Of a stretch of DNA of 51,071 bases, positions 27,139 through 36,127 are shown piece by piece. This DNA comes from a virus. Its lineage: Duplodnaviria > Caudoviricetes. Under the pieces are notes generated by a model. It worked only from the letters and a program-made list of their open reading frames with translations, was not told the origin of the DNA and ran no database searches. The stretch is from the IMG/VR virus record IMGVR_UViG_3300031260_000127, positions 1 through 51,071 of that record. One strand, given 5' to 3'. Positions within the stretch are counted from its first letter, which is position 1; each line of letters opens with the position of its first letter. The translations under genes were made by a program, and so were the position numbers.

Positions 27139-27648
27139 TTAGTTTAACTGACTGATGCAGATGGCATGGCGTTTCTGCGCCCGAGTCCAGACCCCATAGC
27201 AGCGCTTGTTGCCTGGTGTCGAGCAGTCATATCCGGCTACTGTCCGGTACTGCGGCAATAGCAGTGCATCACATGCGGCGGCGTGGTCACCAGATAACAG
27301 CGATTTACGCATAGGTGAGTTGATCCACCTTCCTATGCCGTATTGATAAACCCAGTCGATGTAGTTGTCGTACTCTTCTTGTGTCATTTCGACACCTGGA
27401 AGCGAGTCGCGGAACTGCTGTTCGTCTGCAGAGATATGGGCTTGAGCTGTTTTAAGCGCCTGAACTGGCGTCATTGTATCTCCCAGCTTTACCGGCGTTC
27501 CGTCAATGTGATAAGTGGAACCAAAGCCAACGGTTGGCCGATCGCCTTTTACTGGAATAGTGGCCACTGGAGTAAACCATTCAGACACAACCAGTGTTAC
27601 CAGTGCAGCAGCTGACATACTCAGACTAGCAACACCGATGCGTTTCAT
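27139..27648 (-). CDS. Endolysin, GH24 lysozyme with SAR-like N-terminus
   Basis: Weakly hydrophobic N-terminus, then E...GDRPTVGFGST; CYGVWTR. Confidence 0.88.
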   Translation of the reverse strand: MKRIGVASLSMSAAALVTLVVSEWFTPVATIPVKGDRPTVGFGSTYHIDGTPVKLGDTMTPVQALKTAQAHISADEQQFRDSLPGVEMTQEEYDNYIDWVYQYGIGRWINSPMRKSLLSGDHAAACDALLLPQYRTVAGYDCSTPGNKRCYGVWTRAQKRHAICISQLN

Positions 27649-27675
27649 TGATTAAATTCTCAGAGTCAAGATAAG

Positions 27676-27702
27676 AAAAAGCCCCAGCGAATGCTGAGGC
27701 TT
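27676..27702 (-). terminator. Intrinsic terminator just upstream of the endolysin
   Basis: AAGCCTCAGC-ATTC-GCTGGGGCTT followed by TTT. Confidence 0.7.
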
Positions 27703-27836
27703 AAAATTAATTAGAGTATTAGATAACACGGTTACCGAATGACTATGCCATCTGATAACTCAATTTGTTTCGTCGATAAGAACATATCAGGATAAAACAA
27801 CAACTACAACAAAAGATCCATCAACGTAATAAAACT

Positions 27837-27863
27837 AAAAAAGCCACTCGTATTGAGTGGCTT
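27837..27863 (-). terminator. tR'-like terminator in the late leader
   Basis: AAGCCACTC-AATAC-GAGTGGCTT followed by TTTT. Confidence 0.75.
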
Positions 27864-27893
27864 CAGATTGTGGATTACCCCATCTTGGGTGCA

Positions 27894-27922
27894 AAAGTAA
27901 AACACTTTTTTTTTAATGTCAA
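27894..27922 (-). promoter_or_regulatory. Putative late promoter (pR'-like)
   Basis: TTGACA-17 bp-TACTTT, followed about 30 nt later by a terminator, upstream of the lysis/morphogenesis operon. Confidence 0.6.
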
Positions 27923-27985
27923 ACTTTCAATAGCTTATTGATGATGTGTTTTGTGGCTTTTTTATAGTGATAGTTGCTATCCACA

Positions 27986-28198
27986 CTAAATATCTCCTGG
28001 GTATTTGATATCTATAATCCTTTCGTGAAACACCAAGAAAATTTCGTTTTTAATTAATGTATCCCCGTGAACACTAGGATGACATAAATGCGTTTTCCCA
28101 TCCGGATCGCTTATATAGATTGAACGCCCTGATTTACGCACAGTAAATACTGAGCCATTTTCACCTACTGCAAAAAACATTAGTTGTTTTGTAGCCAT
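27986..28198 (-). CDS. Hypothetical protein (AT-rich moron)
   Basis: 70-aa ORF with AGGAG SD. Confidence 0.65.
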   Translation of the reverse strand: MATKQLMFFAVGENGSVFTVRKSGRSIYISDPDGKTHLCHPSVHGDTLIKNEIFLVFHERIIDIKYPGDI

Positions 28199-28269
28199 AT
28201 CAGACTCCTTTCAGATTAAACAGCCTCTTCCTCTATGTAGGAGGAAATCAAACACCTGAAAGCCAGCTA

Positions 28270-29502
28270 TTATGCGGCTTTCACGGCATCACCTTTAAAA
28301 GTGCATCTTGGGATTATCTTGGTCTTGAATGGGTTGTTTATGCCAATAAGATGCTGGTGCCATAACTCAATTGCGGCCCGTTTCTGGGTTTCCATGTAGG
28401 TGTGGATGTAGGCCTTATCAAGCTTTGTCATACTGTGGTTTAGCAGTTGCTCTGCTACCATATAATCCACCCCAAGATCTGCCCAACAAGTACGGGCAAG
28501 CTTACGCAGGTCGTGGGCCGTCCAATCACCTTTACTAACACTCTTTACAGAGGCAGATGCAATACGGCTGCCCATCGCCGCTTTGATGTTCACAGATGGG
28601 AATAACCAGTTACCCGCTACTTCTTCCCGGTACCAGCGCAGCACCGCAATCATCCAGTCAGATAATGGCAACACATGCTCAACCCGCGTCTTAGTGATAT
28701 CAGCAGGAATGATTAAGCGCTTTCCGGCGATATCGAAGTATTGCCATTGCAGGTGGCGGGTTTCCCCAATGCGGGTACCCAATGCCAACATGATGAACAA
28801 CAGCATTGCCTCTTTTGGTTCTGCGGCGGCGATGGCATCCAATACCATAGGCAGATCCTTCGGCTGCAAGCTTGAACCCTTTGGCTTAATAGTGGCATCA
28901 GTAAAATCGCTGAACCTAATACCTGCTAATGGGTCATCTGCAATACAGCGCAATACTGACGCCTGTTTAAAGGCTTTTTTCAATACAGCAAAGTGCTGCC
29001 GTACCGTGCCCAAGGTATAGTTACGCTGTAGTGGCCACAGCAAGAATTCATCAAGCTCTTTGCGGCCGATACCGTCCAACGCAATATTGCCAAGCAATGG
29101 CAGTAGGTGCTTATCGATGCTGCACTTGATGTTTTCCTTGCGCTTATCAGAGAGACTTCTGTCCGCCAGCGCACGATCACGGTACCAGCGCAGCACACCA
29201 CCGCAGTTTGACCAGGTGCCAATGGCAGTGGCTTCACCGTTTCGGCTTTCCATCGTCAGTCTTGGCAGTTCATCAATCATCGCTTTGGCGCTATTGGCTG
29301 GCCACTCGCCCACCTTCCGCCATTTAGCCGTGCCGTTCTGGTAGGTAACCAGATGCCAACTGCCACCGTTGCGACGAGTATTAAACCGCAATTTCAACGG
29401 ATAGCGGGCGTCCCTAACTTCATCCACATGGCTAGCCATTGCAGATCGTATCGCCGCATCAGAAAGGCGGATTTCAGCAGATACCCTGCGCCCATCATTC
29501 AT
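28270..29502 (-). CDS. Second tyrosine recombinase with N-terminal arm-binding-like domain
   Basis: Catalytic set GTRIGE (R), ITKT (K), HDLRK (H,R), LLNH (H), KAYIH (Y). Confidence 0.9.
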   Translation of the reverse strand: MNDGRRVSAEIRLSDAAIRSAMASHVDEVRDARYPLKLRFNTRRNGGSWHLVTYQNGTAKWRKVGEWPANSAKAMIDELPRLTMESRNGEATAIGTWSNCGGVLRWYRDRALADRSLSDKRKENIKCSIDKHLLPLLGNIALDGIGRKELDEFLLWPLQRNYTLGTVRQHFAVLKKAFKQASVLRCIADDPLAGIRFSDFTDATIKPKGSSLQPKDLPMVLDAIAAAEPKEAMLLFIMLALGTRIGETRHLQWQYFDIAGKRLIIPADITKTRVEHVLPLSDWMIAVLRWYREEVAGNWLFPSVNIKAAMGSRIASASVKSVSKGDWTAHDLRKLARTCWADLGVDYMVAEQLLNHSMTKLDKAYIHTYMETQKRAAIELWHQHLIGINNPFKTKIIPRCTFKGDAVKAA

Positions 29503-29743
29503 CGTTCGCAGCCCTCATAACAGTGATCAGCACTAACCCACGTTTTTTCTTACGCACGGCCATAATGAAACGACCATTGCGCAACAAGTACCCATGATGT
29601 TTAGTGCGGTCTTTCATACGTATCCCGGTACGAACCAGATAAATGAGTCGCCCATCAACGCCACTGCCGGCAGCCTTGAAGTCCAGATAAAATCGCCTGG
29701 CATATTGGTGGCGAGCATGATCAGTTATATAAACGTTCATCAA
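29495..29743 (-). CDS. Hypothetical protein
   Basis: 82-aa ORF coupled to neighbours; ITDHA..Y..R and LITV motifs. Confidence 0.6.
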   Translation of the reverse strand: MMNVYITDHARHQYARRFYLDFKAAGSGVDGRLIYLVRTGIRMKDRTKHHGYLLRNGRFIMAVRKKKRGLVLITVMRAANDE

Positions 29744-30315
29744 GCCACCTCTTGCTCAGTCAGGTTTAGCATTTTCCGGCACTGCCTGGCGGCCTCACCC
29801 TCTTCACGCGACAGCGTATCAATGGCATCCATCAGGCGATCATAGTAGAGGTTACGAAAGTCCTCGGTTGAGCAAGAGCTCTTTGTCAGCAGCGCAAACC
29901 AAGTGGCATAGTCGCGCATCTTTGGGAAGTGATCGCCGGTCCCTTGGCAACGGCCGCATTTGAATATCCGGTTATATCGCATACTGTATGACTCACCAGT
30001 ACCGTGGCACTTCTCGCACTTGCCTGTACCGCAAACATCACTTACTGCAATTTCGGCAATCGCACGGCTGGCAGTAGGTGCCATACCTGCAGATATCAGT
30101 GAGTCTGTCACCGCCCCAATCAATAACAATTTTGACCCGCTATTGCCGCCAATCTTGGCTTCCAACACCCGAATGCCAACTGCATACCCCAAGTGCTGTA
30201 CTTGCCCTAGCAACCCGGCGGCATCTTCTGTGCTGAATAGTCCCTTCCCGGCAATAGGTTCAATACTGATCGCCTTTGGCGAAATAAGGCTTAACAATCG
30301 CTCAATGCTGACCAT
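29740..30315 (-). CDS. Late antiterminator Q-like protein with zinc finger
   Basis: CEKCHGTG...CGRCQGTG; position at the end of the delayed-early operon; AGGAG SD before ATG 30315. Confidence 0.7.
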   Translation of the reverse strand: MVSIERLLSLISPKAISIEPIAGKGLFSTEDAAGLLGQVQHLGYAVGIRVLEAKIGGNSGSKLLLIGAVTDSLISAGMAPTASRAIAEIAVSDVCGTGKCEKCHGTGESYSMRYNRIFKCGRCQGTGDHFPKMRDYATWFALLTKSSCSTEDFRNLYYDRLMDAIDTLSREEGEAARQCRKMLNLTEQEVA

Positions 30316-30775
30316 GCGCACTCCTGTACCAGCTATCGAATAATCGTGATGTTTGAATAGCGGTCCGTGCTTCATAGAATTCCACTTGCGTTAGCGCAGC
30401 GCCTGAACCTTCTCCATAACGGCGCGGTTGGCCTTTATTCAGTAGTTTGTTTCGGTCTTTTTTAGGATTAATGCCGAGCTGCTCCAGCCGAGACTTAAGG
30501 CGAGAGACAGAAACACCACAGTGGCTGGCACATTTACACAAGCCAAGGCTGGAAGATCTGAATAGTGCAACGGCGTTATCAAGCCTAAATTCATTCTGTT
30601 TTGTGTCAGCAGCCAGGTAATGCACCATGCTTTGGCGTTTTACACACTCAACGCAGTTGCAGTTAGACACATAGCGAATACATGACTTACACACACGGCA
30701 CGGCACCGATGAACTAAAGGTCTTGGCTTCTGGATCCGCCAACTTGGCAGCAATGGCTTCTTGTTTAATACTCAT
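30302..30775 (-). CDS. Hypothetical Cys-rich protein with possible HTH
   Basis: CRVC..RYVSNCNCVEC; operon overlap. Confidence 0.6.
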   Translation of the reverse strand: MSIKQEAIAAKLADPEAKTFSSSVPCRVCKSCIRYVSNCNCVECVKRQSMVHYLAADTKQNEFRLDNAVALFRSSSLGLCKCASHCGVSVSRLKSRLEQLGINPKKDRNKLLNKGQPRRYGEGSGAALTQVEFYEARTAIQTSRLFDSWYRSAHGQH

Positions 30776-31284
30776 TGCGACCTCCTGCCGTATAGCGCAA
30801 TTAACGCCGCGTCCCGGGTATCTTGGTTACTCTTACCCACCCAGCCAGTGAGTTTATTGAAATATGCCCCGTTCTTTTTTGCCTGCTGTTTTACCGGGCC
30901 TTTTAACGGTGCAACCTTAATCACCTCAATGCCCTTGGCATTGAGCAGTTCGGCAATCAGTCTTGCCGCCGCTTTCACATTGCCAACGTTCTGGGCAATT
31001 CGTTCACGCTTACGGCGGTTATTAGTGCCGTGATAAAACACAGGCTTGTTAACTTCCGGGTCTTCCATCAGCACAGCCACGGCATTACCCGCTATAGAGC
31101 AAGCAACCACAGCCGAATGAATAAACTCTACCAAGTCATTAATGGGCTCATTGCGCAAGTGCATCAGCGATCCGTTAGCTACTATCGCAACGCCAGATGC
31201 CACCAAATCAGGATCAATCCCTATGGCAATATCACTGCATGGTTTGTAAGCAGTGATCAGTTCAGCAGCGCTTATCTTTCCCAT
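30772..31284 (-). CDS. RuvC-like (RNase H fold) Holliday junction resolvase
   Basis: IGIDPD..SGVA, LMEDP, NQDTRDAALIA. Confidence 0.65.
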   Translation of the reverse strand: MGKISAAELITAYKPCSDIAIGIDPDLVASGVAIVANGSLMHLRNEPINDLVEFIHSAVVACSIAGNAVAVLMEDPEVNKPVFYHGTNNRRKRERIAQNVGNVKAAARLIAELLNAKGIEVIKVAPLKGPVKQQAKKNGAYFNKLTGWVGKSNQDTRDAALIALYGRRSQ

Positions 31285-31682
31285 CTGCTACTCCTGCGAT
31301 ACTGCTTTGCCAAGGCATCCAGCCAACTATTAGCCTGGCGCCGACGGTCACCGTCCTTTGCTGTTAAATAAAGTTGCTCGTATTCCACACACACCTTATG
31401 GCGCAGCAACTTATCCTCAGGAAAACAGGCAAGCCGTTGCTGTATCCAGTGCAGATCAGACACATGAGAACGCCCATAATAGAAAATCGGATATGTTCGG
31501 TATGGGTTTGATTTCGAGCCAATATCCGCCGGAATAAAACAATCCGGGATCAGCAGTGGTTCATCATTGGCCGCAGTCCCCGCAGCGCTGTTTGCTGCCT
31601 GCAAAAACTCAAAACCGTCAGGCGCATCGGATGGTAAACGTTTAGCGAGCATTTGCGGCCCTCCGGTACTTGAACGTTTCAC
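31272..31682 (-). CDS. Hypothetical protein
   Basis: ORF overlapping P and the resolvase gene. Confidence 0.6.
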   Translation of the reverse strand: MKRSSTGGPQMLAKRLPSDAPDGFEFLQAANSAAGTAANDEPLLIPDCFIPADIGSKSNPYRTYPIFYYGRSHVSDLHWIQQRLACFPEDKLLRHKVCVEYEQLYLTAKDGDRRRQANSWLDALAKQYRRSSRWER

Positions 31683-32367
31683 CGCGGCCTTTCGTGCGAT
31701 TCTGCTGCCGCAGCGCTGCCATGCGTTGCTCGATACTTGTTAACGGTCGATTTCCATCAGCCAGGCGCTTGTTAATTTCATCCTCAACGTAATCTCTGGC
31801 GCTAGGTGCCTCGTTGGCGATCATCTTCACGTTGCGACTTGGTAGACGTTCACCGCGCTGGGCCATTGCCAACTTGCGCAGATATACGGTCTTGAACAGT
31901 TCGAAGTCCTTGCCTATTGGCAGCCGTCGGCACTCGAACCCAACGTCTAACCAAGCGGCGTACTCGATATCATCGGCATATGGCTGTTTGCTGCGGCAAC
32001 GGTCGAAAGCGGCGCGGATCTGGTCATCGTTTGAATTGACCCCAAGGCACCAGTTGACTATCTGACCAATTGACGGCCAGAACGCGCTGTCATCAGCCCG
32101 GGCGGCAATCAGGCACCGTTCAATCTGTGCCAGCGAGTGAATCCCGTTTTCTTCCATTGCCTGGCGCATCTGGGCTTTCCAGCGTTTGACCGATTCTGTT
32201 GTCGGCAATGCCTGTTTCCAAGCTGGGCGGATATCGCGAAGTTGTTTTGCTAGTTCGCTCAGAACGGCATCGATTTGGCTGTCAACCGCATGGGTTGCCT
32301 GAGGTGCATTCTTCGCTGAATTGATAGTCTGCATAGCACCTGTCATCGCTTGATTCATGTCTTTCAT
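31642..32367 (-). CDS. Replication protein P-like (helicase loader)
   Basis: PAWKQA...AMEENGI..FWPSIGQIVNWC; ATGA overlap with the initiator gene. Confidence 0.8.
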   Translation of the reverse strand: MKDMNQAMTGAMQTINSAKNAPQATHAVDSQIDAVLSELAKQLRDIRPAWKQALPTTESVKRWKAQMRQAMEENGIHSLAQIERCLIAARADDSAFWPSIGQIVNWCLGVNSNDDQIRAAFDRCRSKQPYADDIEYAAWLDVGFECRRLPIGKDFELFKTVYLRKLAMAQRGERLPSRNVKMIANEAPSARDYVEDEINKRLADGNRPLTSIEQRMAALRQQNRTKGRGETFKYRRAANAR

Positions 32368-33242
32368 GACACAACCTCCCCGTCGATTACGTGACTGTCG
32401 TTGAATTGCTGATCTGGCTGGTTGTCGAAAATTGAAACATCCCAATCGATGTCTGGCGGTCGGTATCCACGGGATCCACCGCTATGCTGTGCAGGTGCCC
32501 TGTTTTGAGATTTGCTTAGCCAGCGCGTGATAAACGCCTTGATGCCAGTGCGTGTTTTGCGGTTAGTGGGATTTGCATCAAGCCATGCCAGCATCTGCCG
32601 TAGTTCCTGCATGACGTCCAGCGCTGGGTAACACTCGATGTATTTCTTAAAGTCAGATTCTGGGACTTGGTACTCACCGTCTTTCGCCGTTAGCGGCAAA
32701 ACAATCACGGTTTTTTCTTCGGGGGGTGGCGGCGAGTTTTTTAACTCGGCGCAAGATCCTTTATTCCCTTCCTTTTCCCTTCCCTTCCCTTCCCCTTCCA
32801 CTGAGTAATTTCCGTGACGCGTGGTTGACGCGTGGTTGACGCGTAAATCTTCATCGTTGTCTAATGCGATAGAATCAGTGTTTGCTGGCAATTCTTCGAT
32901 ATATTCTGGTGGTTCAGGGATATCACTCGCCTTTTCCCGGTTATTAACCACCTGATGACGCGTAAATGAAGGTATGCAACCATAGTTCACGCCTTCAACT
33001 GAATACTTACGAATAAAACCACGCGTCATTAACGCGTCAAGCACGCGTGAAAAGTCAGTGTTATCCCATGGCAAAACATCGAGTTTAAGTTGGCGAGGCT
33101 TCCATACAAAACGCCCTTCACGATCGCAACATGTAAACAGGCCAATAAACGCCAGTCGAAGCGGCAACTCTGTTTCAACTTCGGCTTCATATAAATCTTC
33201 ATGCCTGAAAAGGTCTGGTTTAACCGTTCTAATACGTGCCAT
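32364..33242 (-). CDS. Replication initiator (O-like)
   Basis: MARIRTVKPDLF N-terminus, C-terminal WLDANPTNRKT..FITRWL, internal iteron-like repeats. Confidence 0.82.
   Translation of the reverse strand: MARIRTVKPDLFRHEDLYEAEVETELPLRLAFIGLFTCCDREGRFVWKPRQLKLDVLPWDNTDFSRVLDALMTRGFIRKYSVEGVNYGCIPSFTRHQVVNNREKASDIPEPPEYIEELPANTDSIALDNDEDLRVNHASTTRHGNYSVEGEGKGREKEGNKGSCAELKNSPPPPEEKTVIVLPLTAKDGEYQVPESDFKKYIECYPALDVMQELRQMLAWLDANPTNRKTRTGIKAFITRWLSKSQNRAPAQHSGGSRGYRPPDIDWDVSIFDNQPDQQFNDSHVIDGEVVS
32764..33048. repeat. Putative replication origin: iteron clusters with ACGCGT core
   Basis: ACGCGT at 32817, 32828 and 32839 (11-bp period), at 32958, and at 33021, 33032 and 33043 (11-bp period, opposite orientation). 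(TTCCC)n tract at 32764-32799. Confidence 0.75.
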
Positions 33243-33250
33243 ACAACCCC

Positions 33251-33538
33251 CTAAGCCACGCTGTTTGGTTCTGGCAGTTCACAGCCAGCGTCATAAAGCA
33301 ACGTAGCAATGGCTTCTGCTGAGGTAGTTGGCGAAGTGCGGATCACCGCGGCCAATTGATCAATGGCATACTGGCGCCGCTGTAGCGCACTTAATCGCTT
33401 GCGCTCGACACTGTTATCCATCAACCGCTCAAATGCTTCGCGTTCTTCTGGAGTTTCAATGGCTATTTTTACCGTGCCTTCTGGGGTTCCAACGGCAATT
33501 TTTGTTGTTCCGTGTAAGGGAATAATGTTGTTGTCCAT
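33251..33538 (-). CDS. Hypothetical protein
   Basis: ORF in operon with GGAG SD. Confidence 0.6.
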   Translation of the reverse strand: MDNNIIPLHGTTKIAVGTPEGTVKIAIETPEEREAFERLMDNSVERKRLSALQRRQYAIDQLAAVIRTSPTTSAEAIATLLYDAGCELPEPNSVA

Positions 33539-33903
33539 CAGCGTCTCCTTCTGCCTATCATGATGTTGGCAAAATGGTGCTTAAATGATTTGACCAGCTC
33601 GCGTTTAAGCCGAATAGTGGCAATCCACAGGGCCTGATCCTGTTCAAGCAGTTGAATACGGCAATAAAAACTCTTGGACGATTGGTTAAGCGTGGTGATC
33701 ATCAAAGATTTACGGGGACCGTCCACCAGCGTTTCAATGTACTGCGCTAGATCCTTTAAATGACGGTAATGCCCATCTAACATGCGATCGCGTATGCCTG
33801 AATCAATTGCAGCCTTATAGGCTTCATCGATATGACGCTCAATCGTCACCCAGCATCTCGAGTCACAGGCCATCTGTATGTCGATATCATCCATACTGAT
33901 CAC
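33538..33903 (-). CDS. Hypothetical protein
   Basis: ORF coupled to cII and to the next gene. Confidence 0.6.
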   Translation of the reverse strand: MISMDDIDIQMACDSRCWVTIERHIDEAYKAAIDSGIRDRMLDGHYRHLKDLAQYIETLVDGPRKSLMITTLNQSSKSFYCRIQLLEQDQALWIATIRLKRELVKSFKHHFANIMIGRRRR

Positions 33904-34388
33904 CGGTTCCCAATTGAACGCACTTGGCTGGATACCACTGCGTCAAACTTCAATACTTCGCCAATCATGCGTTGCAGTTCAAAACGGATCTGCTCCATCT
34001 CAGAATGCGTAATAACGCCGTCTGATCTCGCCTCTTTTACCGTTGCTAGCGCTTTACCCAACTGTTCATTCAAGGCTAACAGTTGTTCACTCAGATCCTC
34101 GTCACAGGCAACCCCGGCGGGCACCGGTACAAATAGTCCACCAGCTTTCAGGCACCAGGCTTCTAATATGCTAGTGTCGCCGGTGTCAGCGGTCATAAAT
34201 ACCGCTTCACGCAGTTGCAGGTGATTGGATTCGTTTTCCGGGTTGAGCTTGTTATACATCACGCCTTCCGGCGTATTGGTAATCGTGGCCAGATGTTTAA
34301 CGCCATGACGGTGCCCAAAGGTATAGGCAGCTATCAGTGGATCGTTGCATGAGGCCAACCTTCTATTTAATGAGCGCTTATCATCCAT
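33900..34388 (-). CDS. CII-family regulator
   Basis: MYNKLNPENESNHL, ARSDGVITHSEM; directly downstream of cro. Confidence 0.78.
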   Translation of the reverse strand: MDDKRSLNRRLASCNDPLIAAYTFGHRHGVKHLATITNTPEGVMYNKLNPENESNHLQLREAVFMTADTGDTSILEAWCLKAGGLFVPVPAGVACDEDLSEQLLALNEQLGKALATVKEARSDGVITHSEMEQIRFELQRMIGEVLKFDAVVSSQVRSIGNR

Positions 34389-34408
34389 AGTGGTTATCCT
34401 GATTTCAG

Positions 34409-34600
34409 TTAGCTGGCAGTTTTTAGGTGATCAATGCCTTCATCAAACTTCAATTTGCCATTTGAAAGGCGTTCAATTTGATATGCCCTTCTTGGGGGAA
34501 CATGGTCTCCCCATTGACAAATTGCTGAATGTGTAACACCGAGCGCCTCAGCCAACTTCACTTTGTTGCCAAAGAAGGAAATAGCATCAGATGTTTTCAT
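34409..34600 (-). CDS. cro: Cro-like repressor
   Basis: AISFFGNKVKLAEALGVTHSAICQWG..P.RRAYQIE; divergent from cI. Confidence 0.9.
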   Translation of the reverse strand: MKTSDAISFFGNKVKLAEALGVTHSAICQWGDHVPPRRAYQIERLSNGKLKFDEGIDHLKTAS

Positions 34601-34613
34601 GTCACCCCTTAAC

Positions 34614-34675
34614 ATTAGTTTTCTAACATTTTGACATACAGGAATCTAATGTCAACTAAATGTAAGATAACTAAC
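34614..34675. promoter_or_regulatory. OR operator region
   Basis: ATTAGTTTTCTAAC (34614-27), TACAGGAATCTAAT (34637-50), GTAAGATAACTAAC (34662-75); same motif as the OL sites. Confidence 0.75.
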
Positions 34676-35398
34676 ATGGAAGAAGAATCTATTGGAGCCC
34701 GCATTAAGCGGATCCGAAAAAAAGAAAAACTCACTCAAAAGCAGGTTGCTGAAGCTGTTGGCGTAAGTGCTGGCGCCGTTACACAGTGGGAACTCGATAT
34801 GACTCAGCCGCGAGGGGCAAACCTAAATGCGCTGGCTTATACATTGAAGTCGTCACCATCTGAAATTATTGAAGGCATAAAGGAAGAAGGTTCAACATAT
34901 GCGACTAAACAGCATGAGATTGAACCGCTAGACGGATTCGATCTGTGGGACGACGATACACCACTTAGGGATGATGAGGTGAAAGTGCCAATTTTTACCG
35001 ATGTTGAACTTTCTGCCGGTGTTGGCAGTTGTTTGGTTATGGAGACCAAAGGCCGGTTTATCCGCTTCAGCAAGCGTACCCTACGCGACAACAACGTAGA
35101 TAAATCAGCGGCTGCTTGCGCCAAGGTTCACGGAACCAGCATGGAACCGCTAATCATGGATGGCGCCACAGTGGGTATTGATACCTCCAAGAAGATGATA
35201 AAAGACGGCCGCATATACGCCATTAACCACGCAGGAATGATGCGGGTTAAGTATCTTTACAACATGCCAGGTGGCGGTTTGCGCATTCGCAGCTTTAACC
35301 AGGCGGAATACCCAGATGAAACACTGACTGCCGAGCAGTTAACACAAGTCGAGATCATCGGCTTTGTGTTCTGGTGGTCAACCATCAACAAGTGGTAA
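34676..35398 (+). CDS. cI: CI-like repressor (HTH + S24 peptidase)
   Basis: IGARIKRIRK..LTQKQVAEAVGVSAGAVTQWE; GTSMEP and RVKYL catalytic motifs. Confidence 0.95.
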   Translation: MEEESIGARIKRIRKKEKLTQKQVAEAVGVSAGAVTQWELDMTQPRGANLNALAYTLKSSPSEIIEGIKEEGSTYATKQHEIEPLDGFDLWDDDTPLRDDEVKVPIFTDVELSAGVGSCLVMETKGRFIRFSKRTLRDNNVDKSAAACAKVHGTSMEPLIMDGATVGIDTSKKMIKDGRIYAINHAGMMRVKYLYNMPGGGLRIRSFNQAEYPDETLTAEQLTQVEIIGFVFWWSTINKW

Positions 35399-35401
35399 AG
35401 G

Positions 35402-36127
35402 ATGCTAAATGTGGTTGAAATAAAGGAAATTATAAGACCTCTTGCTCAAGGATTCACACAACCATATCTGTGTCGAGGTGCCGATGGAATCCAGTATGTT
35501 GTCAAGGGAAATGATGCCACAAGGGAAGGACTGATAAACGAGTGGGTATGCGCCAACATTGGTATTAAATTCGGCTTACCCATCCCCGCGCCGGTGATTG
35601 CTTCAGTGCCAACCATGTTCACTGAATATAGTGAATACCCTAACCTCTCTATTGGTGAGTGTTTTGGCTCCACCTACATCAACGGGCTATCAGAAGTTAT
35701 CTATAGCCAACTAGATCAGTTAGACAGAGAAACATTGCTAGATCTATATGTCTTTGATTATTGGATTAAGAATGGAGATAGAAGCCTAACCGAATTAGGT
35801 GGTAACCCAAATTTCTTTGTCGATGTGAAACAACAATCAGCCGTGGTTATTGACCATAACCTAGCATTCGACAACCAGTTTTCAATCAACACGCACAAGC
35901 AAAGCCATGTATCGAGTAAGTTTTGGAATGGCGATCAAACAAGAATGTTCGACTTTCCAGTCTATGAGAACAAGTTCAAACATGCCTTGAGCTGCTTTGA
36001 CCAATGTATAGAGCAAATTCCAGATATTTGGTTTCACGATTTAAACCATAAAGCTGGTGTAGTTAACCGACTCAAGCTAACATTATCCGCATATGAACAG
36101 GCTGACTTTTGGGAGGGATTAAAGTGA
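35402..36127 (+). CDS. HipA-like (HipA_2-type) kinase
   Basis: QGFTQPYLC, YVVKG, NEWVC, FDYWIKNGDR, NPN, VIDHNLAF. Confidence 0.85.
   Translation: MLNVVEIKEIIRPLAQGFTQPYLCRGADGIQYVVKGNDATREGLINEWVCANIGIKFGLPIPAPVIASVPTMFTEYSEYPNLSIGECFGSTYINGLSEVIYSQLDQLDRETLLDLYVFDYWIKNGDRSLTELGGNPNFFVDVKQQSAVVIDHNLAFDNQFSINTHKQSHVSSKFWNGDQTRMFDFPVYENKFKHALSCFDQCIEQIPDIWFHDLNHKAGVVNRLKLTLSAYEQADFWEGLK

Noticed and set aside
32815-32850. CRISPR-like repeats
   Set aside because: These are 11-bp tandem units without spacers inside the initiator gene, and there are no cas genes. Better explained as iterons.
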